Origin: Phoronis australis
Taxonomy: Eukaryota; Animalia; Phoronida
Assembly: GCA_002633005.1 (NCBI GenBank)
Contig: NMRA01000395.1
Coordinates: 65,804 to 129,803 of the forward strand
DNA length: 64,000 nucleotides
Reading direction: 5' to 3'
In this document: positions 27,601 through 38,556 of the stretch, one piece after another
How the letters are laid out: every line of letters starts with the position of its first letter
Position numbering within the stretch: position 1 is the stretch's first letter
Program-made: the position numbers and the translations under genes
Notes under the pieces: model-generated
Told to the model about the DNA's origin: nothing
The model's input: the letters and a program-made list of their open reading frames with translations, nothing else
The model's database searches: none

Positions 27601-30567
27601 AAATCAATGATTTGTAGCGAAAATATATTCGACAGTCAGGAAGTCCAATTCTTTCGGTTGCCATTTAAAGATGTGATGATCTCGTTTAATAGCTCACTGG
27701 TTTATAGAAATTCAACGAGCCAAATTCTTTTAAAATTTCCGGCTTAAAACACCATGGAGGTTAATTATAACAGTAAAATAAGGTTTAAGTGACACACTCA
27801 TGTACGGGGCACCACAGGAGGCTGGAAGGCCTATAGCGCCCCACTTATTTTAGTGCTGCGCCGCCCGTGTTATATGGTAGCGCACCATAGGGAGTTGGAG
27901 ACTGTAGCCTCTACTTACATGTATTTCTGCTGCGCCTCCCATGTTGCTACTTTTTAGTCCCCTACCTACACTGACGTAGAGCAACTTCCACTAGAGCAAC
28001 ACACACACACATGCGCACATCCGACAAAGTGTAGGGCAGAAGCTGTTGCTTGGCGCATGACAATGAAAAGCTGATTGGAGTACGGCGCGAAAAAGATGAC
28101 CTGGATTTATGCAACGGCAGCTGATAATTACAGTGTGACTTCCGCCTTCACCCGGGTTTTGGGCCATACAGTTGTCACAAGTTGAGAAGTTGCACTAGTG
28201 TATGACCAGAAAAGGCCAATTTTCATCCATCGTGGTTCACTTGAACAAAGACACCAACTCTGGGCACATGAAGGATTGGAGGCTAACAGCAATGGGGTTG
28301 TGGCATACCGCTTTCCCAGGGCTTTGGCATTAAAACGGAATGATCAGTGCAACATGCGTGTATTCAAAGGTATCATGTAGATGAAAGTTTTGACTACTGA
28401 TAAATTCCTATAAAACACTTCTAAGATATAATCAGGTGGCCAGAAGCGGTATTACAGAACGTGTGGTGACAAGCACACGTACCCCATGTAAGTTTACACG
28501 AAATTGGATCGAAGGTGTTATCATTGGATATTTTGTTACGCTCAGTCTACCACCCCCGTCCAGTTGCCGACAGTACACTGTATTCTACTGCACTGTTGTC
28601 AGCGCTTCACGTCACAGGTTCCTCCGACTTCATTAGAAACACAATTGGTCCCGCAGACCACATTAGTCTAATACCATTAATACGCATGCATGTACATGTG
28701 TGTGCTGGCTTTGCTTAAAAGTTATGCGAGCAAGGCTCTCATCGAAAATTTTAATATGCTTTCTTCACAGTTGTTACGATCGAAAGATACCAGGATTATG
28801 AAAGAATAACCCTCTGATCTATTCATGTGTCCTTTGCAATCAAAAGTACATGTACCTAAGTTTTTTTGTTGATTGGAGGCTTTCAGTTGCCCCAGACAAT
28901 AAAGACATTCAGCAAGTATCAATTCAGAAGGTCGCATGACTAGGTGGTGACATAACTTTTGATGAGGACATCAATTAAAAATGAGCAAAAACGGTAGGGA
29001 ATGGATGTCGACAATACAGTATTCTCATGTGAACTGTGAACCTAGTTTACCAGGTTGTACTTTTGTGCAAATATCTTAAATTCTGTTAGCTCTAACCCTA
29101 TAAAGTACATATTTTCTGAATAGGTTTCTAACAAAATTTTATTATTCTTATTTACTTGTCTTTATGTAGTCACGAGATATGCGTTTTTAGTATTGTTTTA
29201 CTTTGGACAGAGATTTTGCAAATATTGTTCCTTGGTCATCTGGCAACGTGTTGATAACGACATTTTGGACGGAACCGTGCCTCATATTTTTGAAATGAGT
29301 CTTAGGTTTATAATTATCGAATTTTAGAGCAATTTGAGCAAAAACGGCCGTACTCTTGAAAAATGAGACCCATTGCAAAAATTTGAGACACGGTGCCCCG
29401 TTTGGTGGGTGTCGTAATAGGGAAGTTTTTGACATTGGCGTAGGAAACATTTGATGGTGTGGAGGGAGGGTTCACGAAGAGAGTCTGTCGAATTTTCAAT
29501 TTTATTTCAAATTAGGGAGTGGAAATCTCTCTCCGCCCGCCAACATTTTGGATGAGGGGGCGATCGCCCCAATCCCCCGCTTCTTATGCCAATGGTGGAA
29601 AGAAATGTGGAGTTTGTACTTCAGAAAGCCTATCTTATATTTATTTCTTCCAAGACTCCCGTGGGCAAATCCTGCAGGATCTGTACCTGCCCACCATGCA
29701 ATTGCCACTTCCGCCCAGTCACCATCGATTAGTCACTCCCGGCTTATTTCCCGTAATTTACATTATCTGAATTATTCTTTCTTCATTTACACGATGTTTT
29801 TGCCTATGTGTGTGTTTTCCAATTCACTGCTTAAACTTAATATTCTCAATATTTTAAAAAAGACTCTTCAAAATTTTGAATTTAACAAAATATTATCGGA
29901 CATGTTAATCGACACGTCGCGTGCTTGTATACTTCTTCGGACCACACGACTGCTAGGTGTCGCTACGATCCATCACACAGTAATGACGGCCAATGTGGTT
30001 AGTCCTCCTACTAGTACATCTATGGTAGATGTAGAGTTTTGTATGAATGAGCAATTTGACCTCTGCACGTAGCGGCTTCTGACAACAGCTAAACAAATCA
30101 CGATCAAGAAAATTTGATCTCGAGTAAAACTATCCTATACCGCACGTTTAAAAAGTGACCCAGTCGTTTTAAATGCCGTTTCTAACAGGATCAAAACTGG
30201 GCATTTTGGTAAAAAAATAAGTAATGTGTAATTTTGCAACAGACAAGTTTTTAAAATTATAGTCACCAAGACTTCCTGAGAATACGCTTTGATTAAATTG
30301 GTAATAGCGAATTTTATTAAGTTCTGAAAGGGTGGCATTTTGTGTCCTCTACCTCCAAGAGCTATACTGGCAGACAAAACATGAGCAGTTTTATCAACTT
30401 TCCATGAACACTGCTTTCCCACCGTCTTTGCTGTCTACTAATCTCCATTAAACAGGCTTAGGTCTTACCCTTTCAAAATTAGATTTGCAGCTTTCAGCGT
30501 TGACGGCGGACACGAGCAGGCACGCAATAACGGCAACGGCAAGGATTGAGGATATATCTTGGCGCAT
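15562..30567 (-). CDS. Spliced gene, join(30567..30469,21089..21000,15657..15562): secreted double-knot (tandem ICK/knottin) cysteine-rich peptide precursor, 94 aa
   Basis: Three exons of 99+90+96 nt join in frame through canonical phase-0 GT-AG introns. The product is a hydrophobic signal peptide (ends AVNA) plus a 70-aa mature peptide with 12 Cys in two C-X6-C-X5-CC-X3-C-Xn-C units (n=4 and 10). Confidence 0.88.
16309..16728 (-). mobile_element. hAT-type MITE (CAGGGGCGGAT..ATCCGCCACTG) with 5-bp TSD AAAAC; interior disturbed by an assembly join at n16335
   Basis: TIRs and aaaac flanks; same family as 17675-17982 in the opposite orientation. Confidence 0.65.
17675..17982 (+). mobile_element. 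hAT-type MITE with near-perfect 5-bp TSD (ctgtg/ttgtg)
   Basis: cagtggcggatttag ... ctggatctgcccctg; the paralogous segment at ~27030 lacks the insertion. Confidence 0.75.
18175..19399 (-). mobile_element. Kolobok-like element (family B) with ~290-bp terminal inverted arms and THAP pseudogene
   Basis: TTAA|AGGCGAAGGCAAC...GTTGCTTTCGCCT|TTAA; empty site with a single TTAA at 27245; minus-strand THAP remnant CCVAGC..RFPKDDTLRRTWL..YRVCGKHFLPSDY..KGVIP (18840-19130). Confidence 0.85.
21000..21089 (-). CDS. Double-knot peptide coding exon 2 (CETTPECCQGVCIMGKCRDMTKMCIPNGFR)
   Basis: Acceptor ctatatttcag|TGC at 21089; donor CGG|GTAGGT at 21000; 90 nt, phase 0-0; lies within ORF-track entry 20988..21200. 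Confidence 0.88.
21701..22081. mobile_element. PIF/Harbinger-type foldback MITE
   Basis: GGCCCGGTCTC TIRs extending into long imperfect inverted arms; CAG/CTG flanks; termini shared with 54447-56045. Confidence 0.75.
23370..24986 (+). mobile_element. Non-autonomous Kolobok-like element (family A, copy 2), in intron 1 of the knottin gene
   Basis: TTAA|AGGAGAATGCC...GGCATGCTCCT|TTAA; THAP remnant ORF 23500-23805 (CIVPAC..FYRLPQ..KWL..LRVCS). Confidence 0.85.
27005..27410 (+). repeat. Dispersed segment paralogous to 17645-17674+17983-18174+19404-19555 (uninterrupted version)
   Basis: Shared blocks aaggtagcactgtg, cagtcattccca.tggttgaaatctg, cgtagtatggcgaccacctt, atccagtg.cttaagccca, ccacagggccac. 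Confidence 0.8.
27799..27943. mobile_element. Degenerate copy of the small CATGGG-MITE family
   Basis: Ends in tgctgcgcctcccatg; internal cacttatttt.agtgctgcgcc shared with 4553-4710. Confidence 0.5.
30469..30567 (-). CDS. Double-knot peptide coding exon 1: signal peptide + start of knot 1 (MRQDISSILAVAVIACLLVSAVNAESCKSNFER)
   Basis: ATG at 30567 in gaaATG context; hydrophobic core LAVAVIACLLVSAV; donor AGG|GTAAGA at 30469/30468; acceptor-like ttctcttttcag just upstream (30581) suggests a possible 5' UTR intron. Confidence 0.88.
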
Positions 30568-31435
30568 TTCGAAACAGCTCCTGAAAAGAGAATGCCGGCG
30601 ATAAAAGAACTGGTTTAATGCAGGATGTACCAAACTTAAGGAAGTCTGTAGCAAACGTCATGTTTATAACACAGGGACTGCTGCCAAAACCGTATGAAAT
30701 AGAAACCAAACATCCTACAGGAGGAAGCTGTCATTGATGTTTGTTCCAAAATGTATCACTTGCTGCCACTCTTCAGATGTTTAGACATCCTTCAGAGAGT
30801 GCCAGTTGATCAGCTCATATCTGGTATTGACAAAATGTAACAGAAAACCCGCAGAGATGCGTGCCACTGTAGCCAATTTCCGTCAGACGTCGTTGTTTGT
30901 GTAGGTATATATACAGACATGAAAAATACATACATACACATGTACATACATACACACACACGCACACGCACACATATACTTGAATGTCGCCACGGATGCA
31001 TGCAAAGCAAACCAAGGCATTAAAGAATACAACATCGATTGACTGTGACATTCGGAACAGTTGGGGTATTGTCGTAGCCTTAAATTATCTCTAGGACATG
31101 TATTCCGTCTGCGCATGTGCAAGGGGTTTGGTGAAGAGAGAGTTAAAGCCATGTCTTCAGCTCAACCAATCTTAAAAGCCTTGAAGGACGTCATATTCAG
31201 TCTTTAAACTGCCTGCTGTAGCACTTTCAATTAATGTAGGCCTCCTGTATTACAATGGTATGCCACTGCAATCAACGACATTCTCCATTTTAAGAGCCAC
31301 ATGACATGCTTTCCTGAATGAAGTTCACGCATGCGCAAAAATGAAACATCCCCTGGAGGACGCTTTTTCAGTAACTATACAAATGTGAGACCTCAGAACG
31401 TCAGTCTCCTGGAGGCTTACTACACTGCGAGGAGN

Positions 31436-31634
31436 AATGCTAGTCGCTGATCTCTTGTGTTCAACCCATGATGTCACATGGCGGGAAATGTGAAAATTGG
31501 CAAAATTGAAAGAGAAATCAAAATTTCGAGCTAATGACACAATATAATCATGGATTTGGCTAAATTTTACGTCATACATTTAGTCTCTGGCCACCGGTAA
31601 TTCGAAATGTGCAAAAATCCATGGTGTGTACTGT
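31436..31634 (+). mobile_element. Right end of a family-D Kolobok-like element (alternative haplotype after the n join)
   Basis: Near-identical to 7880-8078 and followed by TTAA; the flank 31635-31864 duplicates 31204-31434. Confidence 0.8.
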
Positions 31635-33404
31635 TTAAACTGCCTGCTGTAGCACTTTCAATTAATGTAGGCCTCCTGTATTACAATGGTATGCCACTGC
31701 AATCAACGACATTCTCCATTTTAAGAGCCACATGACATGCTTTCCTGAATGAAGTTCACGCATGCGCAAAAATGAAACATCCCCTGGAGTACGCTTTTTC
31801 AGTAACTATACAAATGTGAGACCTCAGAACGTCAGTCTCCTGGAGGCTTACTACACTGCGAGGAGCTTGTAAACCGCTGTTTTGTACCCGGAACCGAGTT
31901 GATACACGTACGGGTAACCAATTCACGCATTACCATGCTCATCAATCCCTTATACACCATTGCTGCTACGGGAAAGGAATTCCATTGATATGAATTATAT
32001 TCTGCACCAGTGAGCAGGAGCATATAGCCGTGTCACTTGCGGTGATCATTTATGTAGTTATAGCGCCTTACCATTTTAATAGTCAATTTAATGAATCCAT
32101 ATGCTCCCATAATTAAAGATTTATTGCGTATTATTGGATGATTTGCTACGAATAGAGCACGTGCTCATTAAGCTCTTGATCACAATGAATCTAACGAGGC
32201 CAGACAGAATCAGTAGCGTCATTATGTTGTTGTCAATGTTGAAGCTATTAGTAGTCTTTACAAAACAACATCTAATTTCAGTTATAAGCACAGATTGCAT
32301 AATTGTTTAAAACGAAAAATATAACGTACAATAATTGGAGTTAAGTTCAGAAGGCACTGGAAACCATACACTATATTTGGGTGTCAAAGATATTGTATGT
32401 ATACCAATATGTATACAGATGAGGACAGGTATTAACATATACATTGAATGCAACACGATTTCCATTGATATATATGTAGCTACAACTCAAAAATATCCTT
32501 AAAATGTTAAAATATGTAAATAAATCAATTTCTTTGTAAATGTTGTGTCGATAAAGATCAAGAATGACAACGAGTTATACATATACGAAGTGTAAATAAG
32601 ACATTTTAAGTGAAGAAATAAGCAACGGTTTAGGTAAATTTATGTAGTCAATGTCAGTTTGAGCAACTAATCATTCTCCTTTCAAGGAGAAATTCAGCAA
32701 AATTTTGGAATAAAGACATATTTTTACTGGCATCAACTTGTCTATATCAATTAAGCAAAATGTAATTTTACGAAAACCATTCGAGAATTCTGAGTAACAG
32801 GTGTGATTATCTGGGTGTTTTAGAAAAGCTACTAGGTTCTCTCATATTCGTAAACTGCGCAATGAAATATGACATAGACACTGTTACACCAACACTAGGC
32901 TAGGCGAGGTGCTCTAACCCTAGCGGTTTCTTAGGACATCAGACGAAATCTGGCAACAGCAATATACGTTGTATAACCAGCCAAGTAGCCAGTCAAGACT
33001 ATTCATCAAGGCTGAGCCGATTTAACTGAGGAATTCTAATCACCAGTGGTGTTTATCGTGATGAATCTCCTAAAGATCTGACTGAGGGGAGAAAAGAGAC
33101 AGAACCTTGTGTGATTCAAAATGTTACAACTGCAGTACTGGCGATAACGAAAATAAACCTCTTGATGATATGAGTATGGGTCTTGTGATCTCGCGACAGC
33201 CGCACGATACCAAAGAAGGTCATGACTTTTTGCAGTCGCATGATAATAAAAAGACCTTTACCTCAGACAATTGTAAGATAATGGAGAAGAACTACGTGTT
33301 CAGTCAACTGCACTTCAGCTTGGTACCGGTTACCCGCAAACAAATTAGAAAATTGTGATGGGTATCACAAACTCAGCAATCTCGCGAAAGGAGATTGTGT
33401 GATC

Positions 33405-33480
33405 GGAGGCCAGTGGAGGCCAGTGGAGGCCAGTGGAGAACAGTGGAAGCCAGTGAATTAGAGGAGGCAAGTGGAGGCCA
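33405..33480. repeat. Short tandem repeat of a 10-bp unit (GGAGGCCAGT)
   Basis: ggaggccagtggaggccagtggaggccagtggagaacagtggaagccagt... Confidence 0.85.
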
Positions 33481-36400
33481 AAAAATCACGTGCTTTGCTT
33501 GCAATACTTGCAGATGTCTCGCGAAGTCTTGTGTGTTCTTGCGTTTTCGCGAGGTTTTACGTTTACAGAACGGGTGCCAGGTCAGTGAATTGTGCCAGTT
33601 AATATCTTAGTCTTGATCTGAGCCAAGTGCTCAGATTACTGGCTCAGGAGTCTCTTACAGTACATGTAGGTTTCGGCGGCGGTTCTAAGATATCATCTGT
33701 GGCCGGGAACCAACATTTTGTCTCGCAGACAATCGCAGAGTGTACAAGTGCGGAGCGCCGAATGGGTGGAGGCCGGGAAGGGGTTCTCCAGTTCCGCCCA
33801 GGGGAAAATTTTGTTTTTGCCTCTGGAAACAATTATTTTTCTTGATTTTGAACTCTAATCAGCTCTCGACGGCTCTACTTTGGCCAGGTCACTCGCAGGT
33901 TCCCAGCGTGCCGGTAGGTGGTCGGTAGCCAGCACGCAGGTATTACTTAATTTTCCTGGGGATTTCTTTTACACCGGCGTTTCTGATTGACTAGTCAAAT
34001 TCTCCATAGGCAGCACTTTACGCAAACAACCTGGCATTACTGATGGACTTTTAAAAGTGTAAACGTGGTAAGTTGGTACCTCAGACAAATCAGTGCTTAA
34101 AATTTATGTTCAGGAACGGTGAATCCTAGAAATTGTAGTTGCGCCTTTCCGGAGTGCATCTTTCTACTGTCGATGACTTTTGCGTACGATACTGTACTGT
34201 ATTCACACAGCATGAAGAACACACCGGTTAAATCGGCCAGTTATGCGTTTATTATACATGTATGTGCTTCAAGCACGCGACTATTGAACATAACTGCAGA
34301 AACGAAATAGTTGCTGCGACGCCACTTGCATGACAAGGTTAAAATCGTTCACAGTCCGCCATTTTTTCACGGTGTTGTAAACCTAACCTAACCAATGACT
34401 GCTGAGGTTACATCAACCAATGCTAAAGCGCATGCCACTGCGTGATACCTGCGTGCTGGCTAGGCACGTAGGGGACCAGCAAGGCCAGGTCGCTGTTTGC
34501 AACAAGGCAGCAAAATCCCACGACCCAGATTGGATTCTGGAATCCGACGTTGCTGCACGGCGAAGAAAGAAGATTTTTAAATTAAACAAACTAAAAATTA
34601 TTGTTTTAAAACCTTTAAACAGTTTAATCGCGGTAGTTCCATTTGTCATTTAAAAATGGAAAATTCGTGAAATTGTAAGCACTCGAACTCACAACCTATT
34701 GGTCACAATACGTATCACACTTCCAACTATAACACCGTGCCAAGAAATCTACATGTTAATGGTCCGCAGCGTTCCCGCCCCAACATGCTTCTTTCCCTAA
34801 TGTTTATAACATGCTTTACATTTTGTTAAACCAGTTCGTAGCGAAATGTGTTGTGTTTAAAGCAGTCTTAAGTTTCCCAAAAGGCCAAATCCGTTTGTTG
34901 TGTTGGCATTCAACCACGCGCATGCTTTGCAAATCGTCTTAATTTAATGTTTGGCAAATAAGGAATTGTTCGTTTCTGATTGATTAACTCGGGCTTCGAT
35001 TAAAGGTTACGTCCAACCAGCAGTTTACGTTTCTTCATCGTCGCCCAGGTGACGTTTTAAAAAAATGAAGTGGTTTTCTTCATCGTGCATTGGAGCAGAC
35101 GACGGAAAAATAGTGATAATTCTCAGCACCACTGCCAGACGTCTGGGATATCACATACATGTACAAATCGCACGACAGCGGGATTACTTAGCCACAGTTT
35201 CCATAACAATAGTGCCGCATGTCTGAATCGGACACTTGAAATCGAGTCCGAGCACCCCCAGCACGCACGCTCACGCTAAAATTCCACACATAGTCAAATC
35301 TCGTTTCGACCGTATTATGTTACTTACCGTGGTCAATTAACAAACTCGAAATTTTCTCACGCTTTTGCTGTTTTTTTTTTCGCGACCGCCAAGGGGAAGG
35401 AGACCCTATGAGTGTGTACGTAGCTCCTCGTTTGCACAGAGAACAAATCAGAGAACAAATGCAGTTGATAGTGCGTTGCGTTTCTTCTCCAACTCAACAG
35501 AAGTTATGTGTGTGCGTGATTTGTAATGGGGTGTTTCATAAAAAGCGCGATTGTACTAGGATAATTAAAAAACTGCGGAAACACAGTTTACACAGTTTTT
35601 CGGATCAGACTCGATCATATCAAGTCGTGTTGATATCGCCCAATTTTGTTGCTTGTATTTCCCGGGGGAATATGATATAACTCTGACCGTTGCTATTACC
35701 GCGTTTGCTGGGCATGGTTTATCGAACTCCTGCAGCTAATGAGAAATTACGAAATGGTTGCTAATGTGTCATAAATGCACAGAACTGCCAGGTTATTGTT
35801 TATCTATAAACGTGTATCTGCACACTGTCGAGGGAATTAAAGGGTTGTTTAGTGAACAATCTATTCAATTTTCCCAAATAACTGTTGACATTCCACTAAT
35901 CATCTTGGTCATCAACCGTAGAGTGAATATATTTCTGCTCGTCTCAACGTTTTTGTTCTTCCACCCCAAAAAAGTGGTCCGGCAACGAGAACCAGCTTAG
36001 TTTAATTTGGATTTGAAATTCAGAATGCACAGCATCTGACTTTAACTTACATTTAATTCCCACGACCTTAGCTTCACAACTATATGGGCATATCACCTGT
36101 TATCGGGAATGTGATAGTCTAAATCTTCGCAAAACATCCCTCATTGTCAGTAATTAGAACACGTATCCAAGACATAAAAATAAATTGAAAGAAGTACTTG
36201 GAAACTTAAAAGTTACGTAAATAATAAGATCTTGGCTATATAAATCCTAGCTGCCATCATGTTAATTAAGTTTCTTACGTGCAAACCGATTTTTAGCTGT
36301 ATACAAACATTTGATAACTTCTAGTGTTGTACTCGATGCTAGTTTCACTCATCATTGATAGTAACACTGTAAAGTTGCAGATCTCAAATCCATCTGAACG

Positions 36401-36539
36401 TTACAGGAGGCATCGACATCATGGCAAACTTACCGTGTGATCCTCACTGAATGAATGCTTTGGAAAACTGATAATAGTTCGCTGACAGTTCATCCTTATA
36501 TAGACGTGCTACAATAACGCCAGACCCAGGTGACGTCAG

Positions 36540-38556
36540 AAATTTGCGGCTTGTTCCGGAAACTCCGTCATTTCAATAACTTTTAAGAACAGATTATTCA
36601 CATTGTTTATCAAATAGCCGCACATAGGATCCGTTAGGTACGGAAATCTAGTGAATGACATGTCCGCATGATGCTTCTCACGATGCTTCTTATTTTTTAA
36701 AACAAGTGATTGTCTGATATCAACCCCAGCACACAAGCGAATCTGGAAACTTCACGGTCACAATAAAATATTCTGATGTGTGAGCTAATCTTTACTAGGG
36801 AAGTGGCAAGGTATTTTAAAACTATTTAAACTTATGAAGCCTCGAGCTTTGATTTCAGCAAATGTCTGGCCGACAACGTTGAGAATAGCGGATTTTCAGA
36901 GCAAACGAACTGCGCATTGCGCATGTGCGAGTTACTTCCTGCACGAAGGCTCATGGAATAGCTTGTGGTCAGGCATGTCTTGAGGAGGCTGGATAGTGTG
37001 TGCATTTGGAGTGCAAACTATAAACCATGTTTCATTTTTTTGCTTTATAATACCAAGCAAGTCCTCTCTCTCGTTTGTAAACACAGCGTAGCTATGATCA
37101 GTGACCGTGTGGCCGAGGGCACGACTGTCGTCAGTCATGTTCAGTATTGGGGCTATCGCGTTGATTTCGAAATCTCCTCCGGTTTCAGACAAGTTTAGAG
37201 TTCTTGGGTTGCTTAACTTTTGAAGCTTTCGCCGTGGATATGCTACAGACGTTAATTTTAAGAGGAAACTCCGTCGGAATGTTGTTCTTATACGTCTTTT
37301 TTTTCCACCAGGAAAATGTTCGCTGCACACGCGATGGCCCCTAGGCAATTACATCGCACTGGATGCCACAGGCATTCAGGGGTGATAGTACATCATCACA
37401 AAAAGTTACTCATTTCAAAATACAGCAAATAAAATCAAATGAACCATACATATAGGAACACGGAGTTGTAATTAACACATTCCACGACTCTGGATACAAT
37501 TTAGTCAGCAAAACGAACAAATCGATGAAAATCTGTCGCGGTTTGCTCGAGTTTTTCTCACTTACCGGGTGCCATTTTGAGGAGGTTACGAGGAATTACT
37601 CATGTTGACGAATAAAAAGTCCCAACTGACACACATCTTACAAGTTTCACCCAATACCTTCTCATGCTATTTTACAAGTGTCGCACGCTAGCGTCACGCG
37701 CTAACGTCACGCGCTAACGTCACGCGCTTCGCTCAGTCTCGCGCTAACCTTTGCCTAACTCACGTGATTCAGTTGACATGCTTTGTGGTTATCGCGCACG
37801 CGGTGATAAAATTAAAGGCAACCAAAAAAGTGGAGTTGTAATTCTTCGCCAAAGTCAACTTAATTCTCACAACTTAGCTTCATCAAAGACATGTGTAAAA
37901 GTAGAAGTAGAAAGGACCAATGATGAAAGTAAGTGTTTTTTAAATGATAGTTTTAAGTGTAGAATGTATTTTTGACGAGGTGAAACTCGGAATTGGTAAC
38001 CCAAATCCGGTCACGGCCCGTTTAAAATACACTGAAGTAACGAAATAAGTACAGAAAGCGAATGGAAGTATTGTAGCCCCTATATGGCCAACCGAGGGGC
38101 TACGTGTTGCCTGCTAGATGGCCCCGCGTTGGTTTGAATGCGCTAAATCTCCCCTTACTCCCAGCTCTCCTAATGTTGTTTATCCATTTTTCACGAAGTT
38201 CTTGGTTTGCAGGGAACACATAAAAACTCAGATTTTTATATCTCTTGTTGTTTTTGAAGCAGCCGGGAACACAACAAGTGTATCCGCCATAAGTTTTCTT
38301 CGCGCTCATACCGTGTATTATGCTTGTTACTATGGCCGCTTTCGGAATCTTGACCACAGCACCCACAATGCACCATTTTAATCTAATTTCAATATGGCGT
38401 CGCTGCAAATCCGCTATTATCAATCTGTACTAAAATCACAAAGGCACACAGGATTTTAGTGTTTTACATGTATAGCTGTTGTCAAAACTATTACGTCCGA
38501 TTCCGTCCAATGTTCAAAACAATTCGTTTTTCTGCTAATAAAATGACAATGTCCCT
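36540..38556 (-). pseudogene. Degenerate THAP-domain transposase remnant (family C; TTAA|AGGGACATTG terminus at 38556), split by an insertion
   Basis: MSAKKTYGGYTCCVPGC..FYVFPANQELREKWINNIRR..PTRGH (38310-38117) continues as RVCSEHFPGGKK (37332 down). Downstream VIEMTEFPEQAANF resembles the IDCTEFxIE motif of HARBI/ISL2EU-like DDE domains. The other terminus was not found. Confidence 0.7.
37342..38116. mobile_element. Non-autonomous DNA element with TAG..CTA termini and 9-bp TSD GATGGCCCC
   Basis: gatggcccc at 37333-37341 and 38117-38125; removing the element restores the THAP reading frame; partial second copy at 6527. Confidence 0.8.
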
